From positions 1 to 56,692 of the IMG/VR virus record IMGVR_UViG_3300020595_000045: a stretch of 56,692 nt of DNA, one strand, 5' to 3'. This document shows, one piece after another, positions 8,774 to 18,454 of this stretch (position 1 is its first letter; each line of letters opens with the position of its first letter). This stretch comes from a virus (lineage: Duplodnaviria; Caudoviricetes). The translations under genes were made by a program, and so were the position numbers. A model generated the notes under the pieces. That model was given only the letters and a program-made list of their open reading frames with translations. It was not told the origin of the DNA and ran no database searches.

Positions 8774-8803
8774 TGGGGGCCCTAGCGGCCCCCATTTTAT
8801 TTT
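8774..8803 (+). terminator. Intrinsic terminator
   Basis: TGGGGGCC-ctagc-GGCCCCCA followed by TTTTATTTT. Confidence 0.8.
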
Positions 8804-9236
8804 GAACGAACACAGCTTCGTAAGGTCTATACATCGGTACCTATCACCTGACGTGTTTTCATGGAAAATCCATGACACTTTTACAGGAGGTGTACCGGAT
8901 GCTATGTATTGCGGACCGGCAGGGCTGCTGTTTGTCGAGTATAAATACGTTAAGTCGTTACCTAAACGCGACGACACACTAATACGCCACTCGCTATCTG
9001 AGTTACAAATACAGTGGCTAGAAAGAGTCAATGGCCCAGCCACTGCAGCACTTGTTGTAGGGGTGGAGGATACCGCTGTTATAATACCGCGTGACTTTTC
9101 TACTAATATTAGTAAACTGAAATATATAGAACAAAGTATATCGCGAAAGGATGTCGCGGAATGGATCTATCAAACAACTCACTCAGGAAGAGCACATGAA
9201 AAAACCCCTCCCACAAGCCGTAAAAAATCTACGTAA
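8802..9236 (+). CDS. VRR-NUC/Holliday-junction-resolvase-like nuclease
   Basis: GGVPD...FVEYK...LSELQIQW; TTG start. Confidence 0.75.
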   Translation: MNEHSFVRSIHRYLSPDVFSWKIHDTFTGGVPDAMYCGPAGLLFVEYKYVKSLPKRDDTLIRHSLSELQIQWLERVNGPATAALVVGVEDTAVIIPRDFSTNISKLKYIEQSISRKDVAEWIYQTTHSGRAHEKTPPTSRKKST

Positions 9237-9777
9237 AATATGGGATGTAAAAAAAGTAGAAATGCAATTCACCCAAGTACAAGCTGCCCATAAGCTTGGC
9301 TGGTCACAAGGTGCTATCTCGCACTACCTAAACAACATAACAGAACTTGGCCCAGCAGCGGTCATTAAGTTTGCAAATTTCCTCGAGGTTGACCCGCTCG
9401 ACATTGACCCTGGTGTAACAGAGTTCTTACCCCACGTTCGCACACGTACCGTAGTATTTGACGCAGATAATATGTCGGACAAAGTTAACCTCAAACTCTA
9501 CGACACAAACCCTGCAAGCGCGTTTTGGGTAAAGACTAAAGCAAGCACGTTCACATACTTAAACGCACAAAACCAAACCCCAAAAAATCCTGTTTGGCTT
9601 ACGAAAGTGTGCCCAGTCAAAGACTTCCCAAGTGCAAAAGCCTACCTTGTACAACTAAAAGGTAGCAAGGCGGCTAAAGCCTATCTAGCAGCTGATTTAC
9701 CACCAGCTAATAAACTAGCTAGAAAGTATGCAATCTTAGAAACAGAAATAAGCGACAGTGTCTTTACCCAATCTTAA
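9196..9777 (+). CDS. cI: Lambda CI-like repressor (XRE HTH with degenerate S24-like C-terminal domain)
   Basis: KKPL...L.KIW..KK.E...TQ..AA.KLG.SQ..IS resembles the lambda CI N-domain; SAFW matches CI SAFWLEV; start at ATG 9196 after AGGA. Confidence 0.8.
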   Translation: MKKPLPQAVKNLRKIWDVKKVEMQFTQVQAAHKLGWSQGAISHYLNNITELGPAAVIKFANFLEVDPLDIDPGVTEFLPHVRTRTVVFDADNMSDKVNLKLYDTNPASAFWVKTKASTFTYLNAQNQTPKNPVWLTKVCPVKDFPSAKAYLVQLKGSKAAKAYLAADLPPANKLARKYAILETEISDSVFTQS

Positions 9778-9785
9778 TAATTAAG

Positions 9786-9801
9786 TATTAGCAAACTAAT
9801 A
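9786..9801. promoter_or_regulatory. Operator variant (4-bp spacer) upstream of xis
   Basis: TATTAG-caaa-CTAATA, followed by a TATTAG half-site at 9809. Confidence 0.6.
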
Positions 9802-9863
9802 TTTAATGTATTAGTATGGTTACATGACAACGTTGTCAGATACACGGAAGGATAGCCATACAT

Positions 9864-10082
9864 ATGGACTTAGGGACTACATTAGAAGAAAAATACGGGC
9901 CTTTTATGGACATAGATGAGCTATGTTTATTATTAAAAATTAAACGCCAATCAATGTACCAGCAGATTTACCACGGCCGACTCACCATACCCCACGCTAA
10001 GCTAGGTAAAAAATACCTATTCCCCACTCAAGAAGTAGCTAACTACTTTACATCCCAGCTAAATCTCCCGGGCGCAGGTTAA
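9864..10082 (+). CDS. xis: Excisionase / HTH_17-like recombination directionality factor
   Basis: MDIDELC.LLKI.RQSMY......IPH.KLGKKYLF; adjacent to the integrase. Confidence 0.75.
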   Translation: MDLGTTLEEKYGPFMDIDELCLLLKIKRQSMYQQIYHGRLTIPHAKLGKKYLFPTQEVANYFTSQLNLPGAG

Positions 10083-11046
10083 CGTACCTAGAAAGCTGAT
10101 CAAGGGTGCGGTGACCTGACACTACGCGCACCTGTTCTACCCTCATACCCTTTTCAAACAGCCGACTTATCGCTTCGTGCCGCAAATCATGGAAGCGTAA
10201 GTCGACAATCCCCAACTTCTTAGTCATCTTGGCAAACTTGTCAGAAATGCTCGCTGCACGCTTTACAGGGATAAGGTTTGGCCCTTGCCCAAACACATTC
10301 TGTGCACGTAGAAGCGCCTCTCTCACGCCCCCTAAAAGCGGTATTTGCTGCGCTGATTGGCCACCCTGGGCGTCCTTATCTTTACGCATTAATCGGATAA
10401 CGCCTTTACTTTCATTGATATCTGACCACTTCAGCGCGTGTATTTCACCCTGGCGCATGGCCGATTCGATTGCTACGTCTATTGCAGCAGTCATCCAATG
10501 TCCTGCTGCCTCATCCATCAACGCTTCATACTCTCCTGGTTCCAATCGACGGTCCCGCCGCTTACTCCCCATGATTAATTTCTTTTTCTTCAGCTCGTCG
10601 ATCGCCATATCTACAACAGGCTGCTCAGTTTTTATTCTGCTGTTCTCAACAGCCTGCTTTAGGTAATACATTTGTGTCTGCAGTGTGCTTGCACATATTG
10701 TCTCTAGCCGAAATGCGGCAAAGTTCAGACAGTCGTCGAACGTCATATCGTGTATCGATATACCATAAAAGTATTCTTTGATTTGGTTTAGCTGCCCGAG
10801 CTTAGGTCCAGCGACCTTTAGGCCAAACCTTTCGTAGGAGTAGACAAGGTCATCGACAATGTCCTCAATGAGCGAGGACCGCGAACCACGAGTATCGATC
10901 CACGAACCGTTGTCCATGCTCGACTCTATGCGCCGTGCCCAAGCGAGAGCTGCTGCTTTAGTTAAGAAAGATTTTGATTGGGGCGAGCGCCCCTTGATGC
11001 GTACCTGTGCCTGGTATTTCTTGCCCCGTTTCCGTACGGTTGCCAT
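10048..11046 (-). CDS. int: Tyrosine recombinase (phage integrase)
   Basis: MR.GE, HDLRH, SGH and catalytic Y (SRYV); N-terminal arm-binding MATVRKRGKKYQAQVR. Confidence 0.95.
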   Translation of the reverse strand: MATVRKRGKKYQAQVRIKGRSPQSKSFLTKAAALAWARRIESSMDNGSWIDTRGSRSSLIEDIVDDLVYSYERFGLKVAGPKLGQLNQIKEYFYGISIHDMTFDDCLNFAAFRLETICASTLQTQMYYLKQAVENSRIKTEQPVVDMAIDELKKKKLIMGSKRRDRRLEPGEYEALMDEAAGHWMTAAIDVAIESAMRQGEIHALKWSDINESKGVIRLMRKDKDAQGGQSAQQIPLLGGVREALLRAQNVFGQGPNLIPVKRAASISDKFAKMTKKLGIVDLRFHDLRHEAISRLFEKGMRVEQVRVVSGHRTLDQLSRYVNLRPGDLAGM

Positions 11047-11047
11047 A

Positions 11048-11283
11048 GTGTGACCCTGATGTGACTGAGGGTCTAATTCTATAACTTTTCCTATCTAAAT
11101 CATACACTTACATGTGTGGCGGAGAGGGAGGGATTCTGTCCTTCGAATACCTTATTTTACTTCTATTTCAATAGCTTACGAGTTATTTATGTAATTCTAA
11201 GCTTCAACTTCAGAATTACATAACTTATTGTTTTATATGTTTAAATTACTTTAGCTTACTTTGTGTTGTGACACTGTCACAGT
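11048..11283. other. attP region with arm-type and IHF-like sites
   Basis: TGTGAC repeats at about 11049-11066 and 11267-11281; IHF-like AATCATACACTTA, TTTCAATAGCTTA and (minus) AAACAATAAGTTA; AT-rich. Confidence 0.65.
11117..11136 (-). other. attP core = 3' end of a tRNA-Ser
   Basis: Minus strand GAATCCCTCCCTCTCCGCCA: T-arm, acceptor strand, G discriminator and CCA typical of bacterial tRNA-Ser. Confidence 0.85.
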
Positions 11284-11362
11284 GGTTACGGCGACCTACT
11301 TTAAGGTCATCAAACGCGATCGCAGACAGGCCGATCAGGGACAAAATTATTACGTAAATCAT
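11246..11362 (-). CDS. 38-aa hydrophobic peptide (moron-like)
   Basis: GAGG RBS, TATAAT at 11388-11393 (minus); MIYVIILSLIGLSAIAFDDL... Confidence 0.5.
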   Translation of the reverse strand: MIYVIILSLIGLSAIAFDDLKVGRRNHCDSVTTQSKLK

Positions 11363-11461
11363 TGGGAGCCTCTTTAAATGAGGCGCCATTATAAGGTCTA
11401 TCAGATATGATCGATAATGATGAAATAACATCCCCGGTATATCATTTCTGATATAGCCTCA

Positions 11462-11794
11462 TCACTCTTTAGGGATAGCGTCTTTTATAGTTTTGACGTG
11501 GTTATAAAAAGCGCCTGACTGATCCAGCGTCCCCGCTTCTATATCGTGCCAGAGCATATCGAGTTGCTCGCCAATACGCCCATAGCAATGTGACCGAGTT
11601 TCCATGTAAGGAGGAGAGTACTCAGCGCCAAGCGTCTGAACTACTGCGCCTTCATTTTCGTCCCAAGCATTGTTGACTACCTGTCTATATTTTTTACCTG
11701 CTGCAGGTACAAAACGTACCCAGGTTTCGTCAGGTCGCTCTTCTTGAGGGCCCTTTAAAATTGTGTTGCTATCAAAATCATATTTTATATACAT
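11462..11794 (-). CDS. Tail-fibre-associated / chaperone-like protein
   Basis: Y...R...Y..IGEQLDMLWHDI...IK..IPK motif; follows the fibre gene. Confidence 0.65.
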   Translation of the reverse strand: MYIKYDFDSNTILKGPQEERPDETWVRFVPAAGKKYRQVVNNAWDENEGAVVQTLGAEYSPPYMETRSHCYGRIGEQLDMLWHDIEAGTLDQSGAFYNHVKTIKDAIPKE

Positions 11795-11795
11795 A

Positions 11796-14700
11796 CTATC
11801 TTAGACTCATCAAAACGCCGTTAAATTCATAGACCGAATCATTACCGCTGGCATTCGGACCACCAGCGCTATTTAATGCCCTAATTGCGTGCGGGACATT
11901 TTCGCCTGCTGGTGCATAGCGCGATATTTCAATTCTTACTTCAATAGAAGAAGTAGTGGCATTTCCGAACCCGCCTTGTAGTGAAAACATATGGGCGTGG
12001 TAGTCGTGACCTGGGCGGAAGAACGCCTTCTGAACTTCGTAGAATTGAGCCTGCGCAGAAGACTTAAGAGTCGTACCAACAGATAGCCAGTTGGTCTGGA
12101 ATGGCGAGCCGTTGTAATTAGAGAGAGGGTTGATACTGATTAAAGTGTTAGTACCCTCCATTTGAGCATTCCAGACGTAACCTACAATGCTATTACCATC
12201 TTTTATAACAGCCCCCGTATTTCCGGTACTTGATGGCACAAAGTTACGAACATCGCCTGCGACCAGAAAACGCGCGCTATACCCCGCCCTTGGAGCTGGC
12301 TGTCGATATTCCAACACTGAACCAATAGGCTGATTTGAAAAAGGGGTGTTGTTCTTCATAAACATTTGCAGTTTATAACTATCATCTACTTCAAAATTAC
12401 CCCACCCAGATGACATAACATAAGGCACACGAGGAGTCTCGCTTGCAGGTATTGTCCCTTCCCAAAGAGTGGTTGTAGGCTGGGTCGAGGTCCACGTCTC
12501 GATAGGCACGGTGTCTGCTATTGAAAAGGGGATAATCCGGTTTATGTCACCCGTAATTCGAGTCGCGAAAAGATTGTCAGCCTCAACATTAGTAAAATCT
12601 AACCTGCCACCAGTAATAAGGTCAGCATCAAGCGCATTAATCTTAAGTGTAGGGACCCCGTTAACGTTCACGGATGTCATTGTTGCGTTATCGATTACTA
12701 ACTTCGAAGCATCAATCGTATTTGCACTGATGCGATCAGCAACGTCAATAGTACCCGAAGTAATTTTATCAGCATTAATCTCGCCGATTTGGGCTGATGT
12801 AATAGAAGCGTTTTTAATAAACGCTGCGTCCATGTAAACGCCCGCAGGTATGCTCACACCGTCAATAGTTTCGGCGCGGGTCTGGATTACGAACGGGCGC
12901 ACAGCTGAGCCCGCATCAGGGTTTACTACAGCAAACCTGTCTGCGGAGACTGTAAACTCACTAATATTGGGGAGTAATTCTTCAACTTGTACAAAGTCTA
13001 TTTTTTTCACGTCACCGTCGTTAGCATAATACCCCTGCTTAAGGGTTAGATAGCAGTCGCCGGTATAGTCGGGTGTAAAATTATATTTGTAAGTTAATAT
13101 AGAGTTATTATTTCCGAGGGTCTGGGAAAAAATATGCTGAGTATCACCAGTAATAGTGCTGGAGTGATTACCATTTTTTCCTAACCTAAAATACAAGCCA
13201 CTAGTGCCAGTGCTCCCACCCCTAGTTCCCACCCTTGCTCTGTAAGTCTTATTAGCGCTAACAGGAAACTTAAAAGCTACTCGCACTTCGCCTTCAACGT
13301 CACTTGTTTTTAAGATGTTCAGGCTACCAGAACCAAAAGTCACCTCTCCTGTACCACCAGAAACAACTACTGAGTGATACGGCTGGGTGGACCCCTGAAA
13401 CTTATAATTAGTTATTAACTTAGGGCCAAATGCCTCAGCTGTACTATTAGACAGCCCATACCCAGCAACGTAACCATTGTTATCAATCTTTACAGAATAC
13501 TGAGATTCTAAATCGCCAGTGGCGGTCGCTTGAGCTGTAAATTTTTCCTCCATTGAAACGCCGCCAACATCGTCTATGCGAAGCTCAACAGATGACGTCC
13601 TATCCACAAGCCCCGTGCCGTCAGCGTTTACTGTAGTCTCTAGCGTATCAAAAGCCCCAGCAAAACTTAAAGTCTCTAACGCCCATTGAGGGTTAGTGCC
13701 GGTCAGATTATTCTCTGGTTTGCGGTTAAGGGTTGGTCGCAACGCTATGAAGATTTGTCTAGGCCCCGCGGGCGCATTGTTGGTTGCAGGCGCCTGCCGA
13801 ACAACTTTGTCTCCAACAACGTAATTGGTAGTGGCGTCCCATTCAGACAGCCCAGTCATATCGTCAAAAATAGCTGCATACTGCGCATCAGCAGACACGG
13901 TTGTTGCATAAGTATCTGCAGCAGTGGCTTCTGAAGTTTGAATTAAACCCGCAGCCACGCCGGTATTTTCTTTACCGGCTACTAAGGACGTTAGACTAGA
14001 AGCAGACGCTGTGTTGGCAGTAACCTCTGTCGTGAGTGCTGAAAGCGCTAAGGCGCTAGCTATAGTATCAAGCGCCCAACGCGGGTTCTCACCGCTCAAG
14101 TTATCCGCTGGGATTCTGTTACTGTTGCTTCGTTTTGCAACATACAAATTACTAACGCCATTAGCGTCAGTGTAAATAACCCGATCATCTTTGACGTAAT
14201 TCGTGGAATTATTCCAGTCGGTCGCACCCGCCATATTATTAAATAAGTTGCTTCGGACAAGATCTACGGAGCTAGTCGAGGCATACTGCCCGTCTGCTTC
14301 GGCGGCGGTAAGTAACGAATCTTTCACCCACTTATTTGCATTGGAGCCAGGTTCATGACCAAGAGTTCCGCTAATAGCTTTCCAAATTTTGTTGTCGTGC
14401 TTGACCTTTGCACCTACGGCGTACGTTGTCGAGATATCCCAAGCACTTAAATTAATTAAGTCATTAAAAATTGATGATGTTAATGAGCTTACCGAAGTAG
14501 CAAGCGCGTAGGTTTGACTAGCCGTAAGCTCTGTCGCCTCGATGGCGTTAGTAATAGCATTAGTTACACCATTAGTATCGGTATAGCCTGCCAAAAGGGT
14601 AGTTACGGCAGTAGTTTTAGCATAATTGTTATTTACGTCTGTTTTGAGCTCACTAAGACCTTTAGCAGAAGCAGCGCTGTCAACTTCCCAGCGTGGGTTA

Positions 14701-16718
14701 GTTCCACCCAGTTCTGTATTAAGTACCCAGAGGTCCGGGCGCTTGTTCGCGGATTGTACTAGGCAAACATAAATTTTACGTTCGTAAAAAACTCGATTAC
14801 CCGTCAGATAAGTAGTTTGAGCGTCCCAAGCCAGCACACCAGCTACATCTTCAAACAAAGCCGCCTCAACCAAACTAAATTCGCTTGCTGAAGCTGCATT
14901 GTTGTCAGTATAAGATTGTGCGTTCGTCAAAGCAGTCGCCGCAGCTCCAGATGTTTCCTTACCTTCCAACTGCTGAGTTACAAGGGCAGCGCTCGCGAGT
15001 GAGTCTTCGTTCCAGTAAGCAGGAACTGTTGGTTGTTGCGGATCGGTGCTATCAGAACCCGCAACAGCAATGTAAATTTTCTTTTCTGCGCCAGTACCAA
15101 AAACAACCCTGTCACCCTCTGCGTATGTAGTCGCTGCATCATACACAGACAGCCCTGCGAGATTACTGAAAGTCGCGCTCTCTAGGTTAGTAAGTGCCGT
15201 CGATAATGCGTACCTTGCGTTACTGTCAACAGTTGTAGTGTAGCTGGTAAGTAAGCCGGCAGCAGTCCCGTCCGCTTCTTTTGCACCCAAAAGCGTGGTT
15301 AAGTCAGAGGTGGTAGTGTAGTTAGATAGTGAAGTGGTCAACGCAGATACTGCTGACGATTGGGCTAAAGTGTCTAACTCCCAGTAACTAGCGTTAGGGG
15401 GCGCCTCATCAGTTGAAGCCGCTGTTGCACGGTATAGTTTTTTACCTTGAACAACTCTATCACCCTCTGCGTATGTAGTTGTTGCAAGCCAATCTGCAAC
15501 GCCAGTTATGTCGTTAAAAATAGCAGTTTCTAAATCTGTTATCGATGCAGTTGTAGCATAGTTAGGCAGAACGTTAGTTGTTAGTGACTGTACAGCTGCT
15601 GCAGCAACGCCAGTGTCTTCTTTACCCGTTTGCAGCGCCTTGATTGCTACAGCGGACGCGGAAGTACTGGTGGAATCGATAAAGTTAAGTTGAGTTATTG
15701 CAGAGGAATTCCCCGAAACAACGGACGCCAGACTTGTGTAATCACCAAGAAGCGTCCAATCGCTATTGGTACTTGCTACTGGATCACCGCCGAAAGTAGG
15801 TTCCGAGTCACTGTTAGCGCTAGCAGCTTGGTAGAGTTTTTCACTGAGGCGAACCTGATCGCCAACAGCATATGAAGTAGAGCTGTCCCACTCTGGTACG
15901 CCGGCGATATCATTTATCTGACTTTGTAAATTAGCTGCCGAAGAGTTAATAGCTAATACTCTTGCGTCAGCTTCAGCGGATATCGCGGTGCCCCTTGCGT
16001 CAGCTTCATTGGATAACGCAGTAGCTCGCGCAGTAGCTTCAGCTGCAACTTGAGCTGCTACTGAACCCGAAACAGTTATATCCCCAGAGATTTTACTTAT
16101 CTCTGTTTGCAAAGAAGTAGTGAGCTGACTCGATCCTACCGCTTCAGCTAGTACACCTAGAAGGAAATCTACGTCAACAGCTGTTTCGCCTAACGTCCCG
16201 CTACCTGAATTATATGGCCCAGGGACACTGCTAGTAGAAACAAACCTTATCCAATAGTAAAAACTTGCGCCAGAACCTACGGCGTCAATGTATGCCCGCC
16301 CACTGCTCACGCCAATTAAATTAGCGGTAGCAAGATTATCTGTAGTTGAACGATAAATTTCAGTAAACGCATGGCCCGTATAAATCGGGAAGGTCCAAAA
16401 TAGATTAATTTGGTTATATGCGCCAGCAGCTGCAAAGCCTGACGGGGCTGGTGGGAGAGCGCTGTTAAAAACTGTGTCTGGCGCAATACCAATATTACCG
16501 TTGTTAATATTATTGGGGTCAAAAGGGGCGGCTTTAAGATCTACTGCAAGGCCTGATTCTACTAACTCTCTAAGAGTAATAGCCCTATCTCTTGGGTCAC
16601 CTCTACGGCCGAGCCGTATCTCAACAGCCTCGGATAGCGCAGTAAGAAAAGTACGGAGCTCGGGAGACGAATCACTAGGAGGCTTAGGAAAACCTGGTAG
16701 CTTTGTAGGTTTGGTCAT
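11796..16718 (-). CDS. Large tail fibre / host-specificity protein with 7 CBM5/12-like repeats
   Basis: FN3-like YYWIRFV; seven W....Y..GD.V....Y.A repeats; tip-protein-like YSVKID.NGYVAGYGL...F.VSADRFAV and GVYMDAAFIKNASIT. Confidence 0.85.
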   Translation of the reverse strand: MTKPTKLPGFPKPPSDSSPELRTFLTALSEAVEIRLGRRGDPRDRAITLRELVESGLAVDLKAAPFDPNNINNGNIGIAPDTVFNSALPPAPSGFAAAGAYNQINLFWTFPIYTGHAFTEIYRSTTDNLATANLIGVSSGRAYIDAVGSGASFYYWIRFVSTSSVPGPYNSGSGTLGETAVDVDFLLGVLAEAVGSSQLTTSLQTEISKISGDITVSGSVAAQVAAEATARATALSNEADARGTAISAEADARVLAINSSAANLQSQINDIAGVPEWDSSTSYAVGDQVRLSEKLYQAASANSDSEPTFGGDPVASTNSDWTLLGDYTSLASVVSGNSSAITQLNFIDSTSTSASAVAIKALQTGKEDTGVAAAAVQSLTTNVLPNYATTASITDLETAIFNDITGVADWLATTTYAEGDRVVQGKKLYRATAASTDEAPPNASYWELDTLAQSSAVSALTTSLSNYTTTSDLTTLLGAKEADGTAAGLLTSYTTTVDSNARYALSTALTNLESATFSNLAGLSVYDAATTYAEGDRVVFGTGAEKKIYIAVAGSDSTDPQQPTVPAYWNEDSLASAALVTQQLEGKETSGAAATALTNAQSYTDNNAASASEFSLVEAALFEDVAGVLAWDAQTTYLTGNRVFYERKIYVCLVQSANKRPDLWVLNTELGGTNPRWEVDSAASAKGLSELKTDVNNNYAKTTAVTTLLAGYTDTNGVTNAITNAIEATELTASQTYALATSVSSLTSSIFNDLINLSAWDISTTYAVGAKVKHDNKIWKAISGTLGHEPGSNANKWVKDSLLTAAEADGQYASTSSVDLVRSNLFNNMAGATDWNNSTNYVKDDRVIYTDANGVSNLYVAKRSNSNRIPADNLSGENPRWALDTIASALALSALTTEVTANTASASSLTSLVAGKENTGVAAGLIQTSEATAADTYATTVSADAQYAAIFDDMTGLSEWDATTNYVVGDKVVRQAPATNNAPAGPRQIFIALRPTLNRKPENNLTGTNPQWALETLSFAGAFDTLETTVNADGTGLVDRTSSVELRIDDVGGVSMEEKFTAQATATGDLESQYSVKIDNNGYVAGYGLSNSTAEAFGPKLITNYKFQGSTQPYHSVVVSGGTGEVTFGSGSLNILKTSDVEGEVRVAFKFPVSANKTYRARVGTRGGSTGTSGLYFRLGKNGNHSSTITGDTQHIFSQTLGNNNSILTYKYNFTPDYTGDCYLTLKQGYYANDGDVKKIDFVQVEELLPNISEFTVSADRFAVVNPDAGSAVRPFVIQTRAETIDGVSIPAGVYMDAAFIKNASITSAQIGEINADKITSGTIDVADRISANTIDASKLVIDNATMTSVNVNGVPTLKINALDADLITGGRLDFTNVEADNLFATRITGDINRIIPFSIADTVPIETWTSTQPTTTLWEGTIPASETPRVPYVMSSGWGNFEVDDSYKLQMFMKNNTPFSNQPIGSVLEYRQPAPRAGYSARFLVAGDVRNFVPSSTGNTGAVIKDGNSIVGYVWNAQMEGTNTLISINPLSNYNGSPFQTNWLSVGTTLKSSAQAQFYEVQKAFFRPGHDYHAHMFSLQGGFGNATTSSIEVRIEISRYAPAGENVPHAIRALNSAGGPNASGNDSVYEFNGVLMSLR

Positions 16719-18436
16719 GTTTGTCTAATCTCATCCATACTTTGCGCTAAGCAAAATTCAACTACTTCTGTACCTTCGACTTGTACTTCCCACTCGCTGC
16801 CAATAGCTGCAGGTAGACGCGCGATAGGCTCACGCAATGTAGCGTTAGGAATGCCACTAGGAACAGTTGTAACCTGAGTGAAGGTAGACGGTGTGCCGCC
16901 AGAAGAAATACCTGAAAGACTGTAGTGGGCTATAAGTACGCCATCTGCCCAAACTTTTACCACGACTGGATAGTTAATACCTTTCAGGCCGATCCACGAC
17001 ATAGATGTGGGGGCGGGAGTTACAAACTTCTTACTTTTAAATTTAGCTTGATAGGGGGAGAAGCCGCCTCTATATTTCCTAATTTGGCTACCTACTAAAT
17101 AATAAAGATTACCATCTGATGGGTCTTCATAGCCGCACTTAACTGCGCCAACAGTAATAGTGCTCAAAGCTCTGCCGCTGCTAGCGTTCGGGTCGTACAC
17201 CCACCCGCCGCTGCTGGAGAAAGCTACGTATGTGCCTTTGTACTTAAAGGCTTTCAAAGTCGTTGGGTCAAAATTATTGGTCCATTGGTCTTTACTAATT
17301 AAACCTTTAGTGACCACGGACCCCGTAGCGCTTTGCACGGCACATAAACCATCTGGCGACGCGTACAAAACATAGTCCCCCATGTCTACAACGGAGTGTT
17401 CGTTAATACAGGCTTGCGATAAATCTACACGGATCGAGGTCATGGAGCTTGGGTCGGTGCCCGTAATAAAAAACGGCTGCCCGTTAGTCAAAGCAACAAC
17501 GCCGTTGCCCGTAGAAGCTATAGCAACAATGTCATCTTGGAGAGTAATTCGATATTGGACGGGCCAGGCATGGGGCAAGAAAGGTTCGCTCAGACAGAAT
17601 CGTTTACCAGTAAAGCCCGCCATAACGCCTTGCGCCAAAGGTATCAAACCTTGCAGCTGTCCATCAGGGTACAAAGTAACGTCGTCGTCAGGTGGGCCAA
17701 CCCACGTCCCGCTCGGAAGTACTTCACCCAAGTTAGCAGCGTCCCTAGTGTCCGTATATGATTGTTGAGCGATTGGAACCTCACCTACAAACTGAAACTG
17801 CGTATTAACGCTACCAGTATTAGAACGGTAAATACGTTTTAAAGAGCCTAAGCCGAGGTTATGGCCGGAATTAAAAACAGAGGCGCTAATGGACACAGTC
17901 GCCGTCTGACCATTACGCATTTCCACAATGGTGGAAGGGTCGCTGGGAGGGCCTTCGCGGCCGTCCGCTGTAACAAGCGTAAAGACATAACTTACATCGT
18001 GCACAGTCAAACTATCGTCGACATCGCCGGTGATAGTAGCGGTAGGGGCATTAGCTGGCGCGGGAACTCCTAGGCGGTAATTTGAGCTGGGGTAGCCGGG
18101 AGTGTTAGCGATCGCTACTGTATTCAGTGTAATTCGCGGGTATGTATTACCTGAATAATACAAACGATTCAAGGTGTCGCCGGGTATTGGGCCGCGGGCT
18201 ACTTTGACACCAGATTGACTCCAAGAAAACCAGTAAGTAGTGCCATTGTTTACATAGGGATAAATCGAATTATTAGTAGAATACGTTAAATTGTGCGCAG
18301 AACTGTAATACCGAAGGGCAACAATATTCCCGTTTTCTAAGTCCGCATTTTCGCAAAGCTGCCCATAATTATCGGGCAGCTGTCTCGGCGTAATTCCTGG
18401 CATGATGCCAGCAAACAAAGTCTGTTTAAAATACAT
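16715..18436 (-). CDS. Tail nozzle / head-stabilisation protein
   Basis: F.G.MP...P.QLP N-terminus; FCLSEPFLPHAWP; podovirus tail position. Confidence 0.7.
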   Translation of the reverse strand: MYFKQTLFAGIMPGITPRQLPDNYGQLCENADLENGNIVALRYYSSAHNLTYSTNNSIYPYVNNGTTYWFSWSQSGVKVARGPIPGDTLNRLYYSGNTYPRITLNTVAIANTPGYPSSNYRLGVPAPANAPTATITGDVDDSLTVHDVSYVFTLVTADGREGPPSDPSTIVEMRNGQTATVSISASVFNSGHNLGLGSLKRIYRSNTGSVNTQFQFVGEVPIAQQSYTDTRDAANLGEVLPSGTWVGPPDDDVTLYPDGQLQGLIPLAQGVMAGFTGKRFCLSEPFLPHAWPVQYRITLQDDIVAIASTGNGVVALTNGQPFFITGTDPSSMTSIRVDLSQACINEHSVVDMGDYVLYASPDGLCAVQSATGSVVTKGLISKDQWTNNFDPTTLKAFKYKGTYVAFSSSGGWVYDPNASSGRALSTITVGAVKCGYEDPSDGNLYYLVGSQIRKYRGGFSPYQAKFKSKKFVTPAPTSMSWIGLKGINYPVVVKVWADGVLIAHYSLSGISSGGTPSTFTQVTTVPSGIPNATLREPIARLPAAIGSEWEVQVEGTEVVEFCLAQSMDEIRQT

Positions 18437-18454
18437 GCGACTATCCTGTAGCGA

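Noticed and set aside
11117-11200. Complete tRNA gene
   Set aside because: Only the last 20 nt match; no D-arm, anticodon arm or 5' acceptor strand upstream
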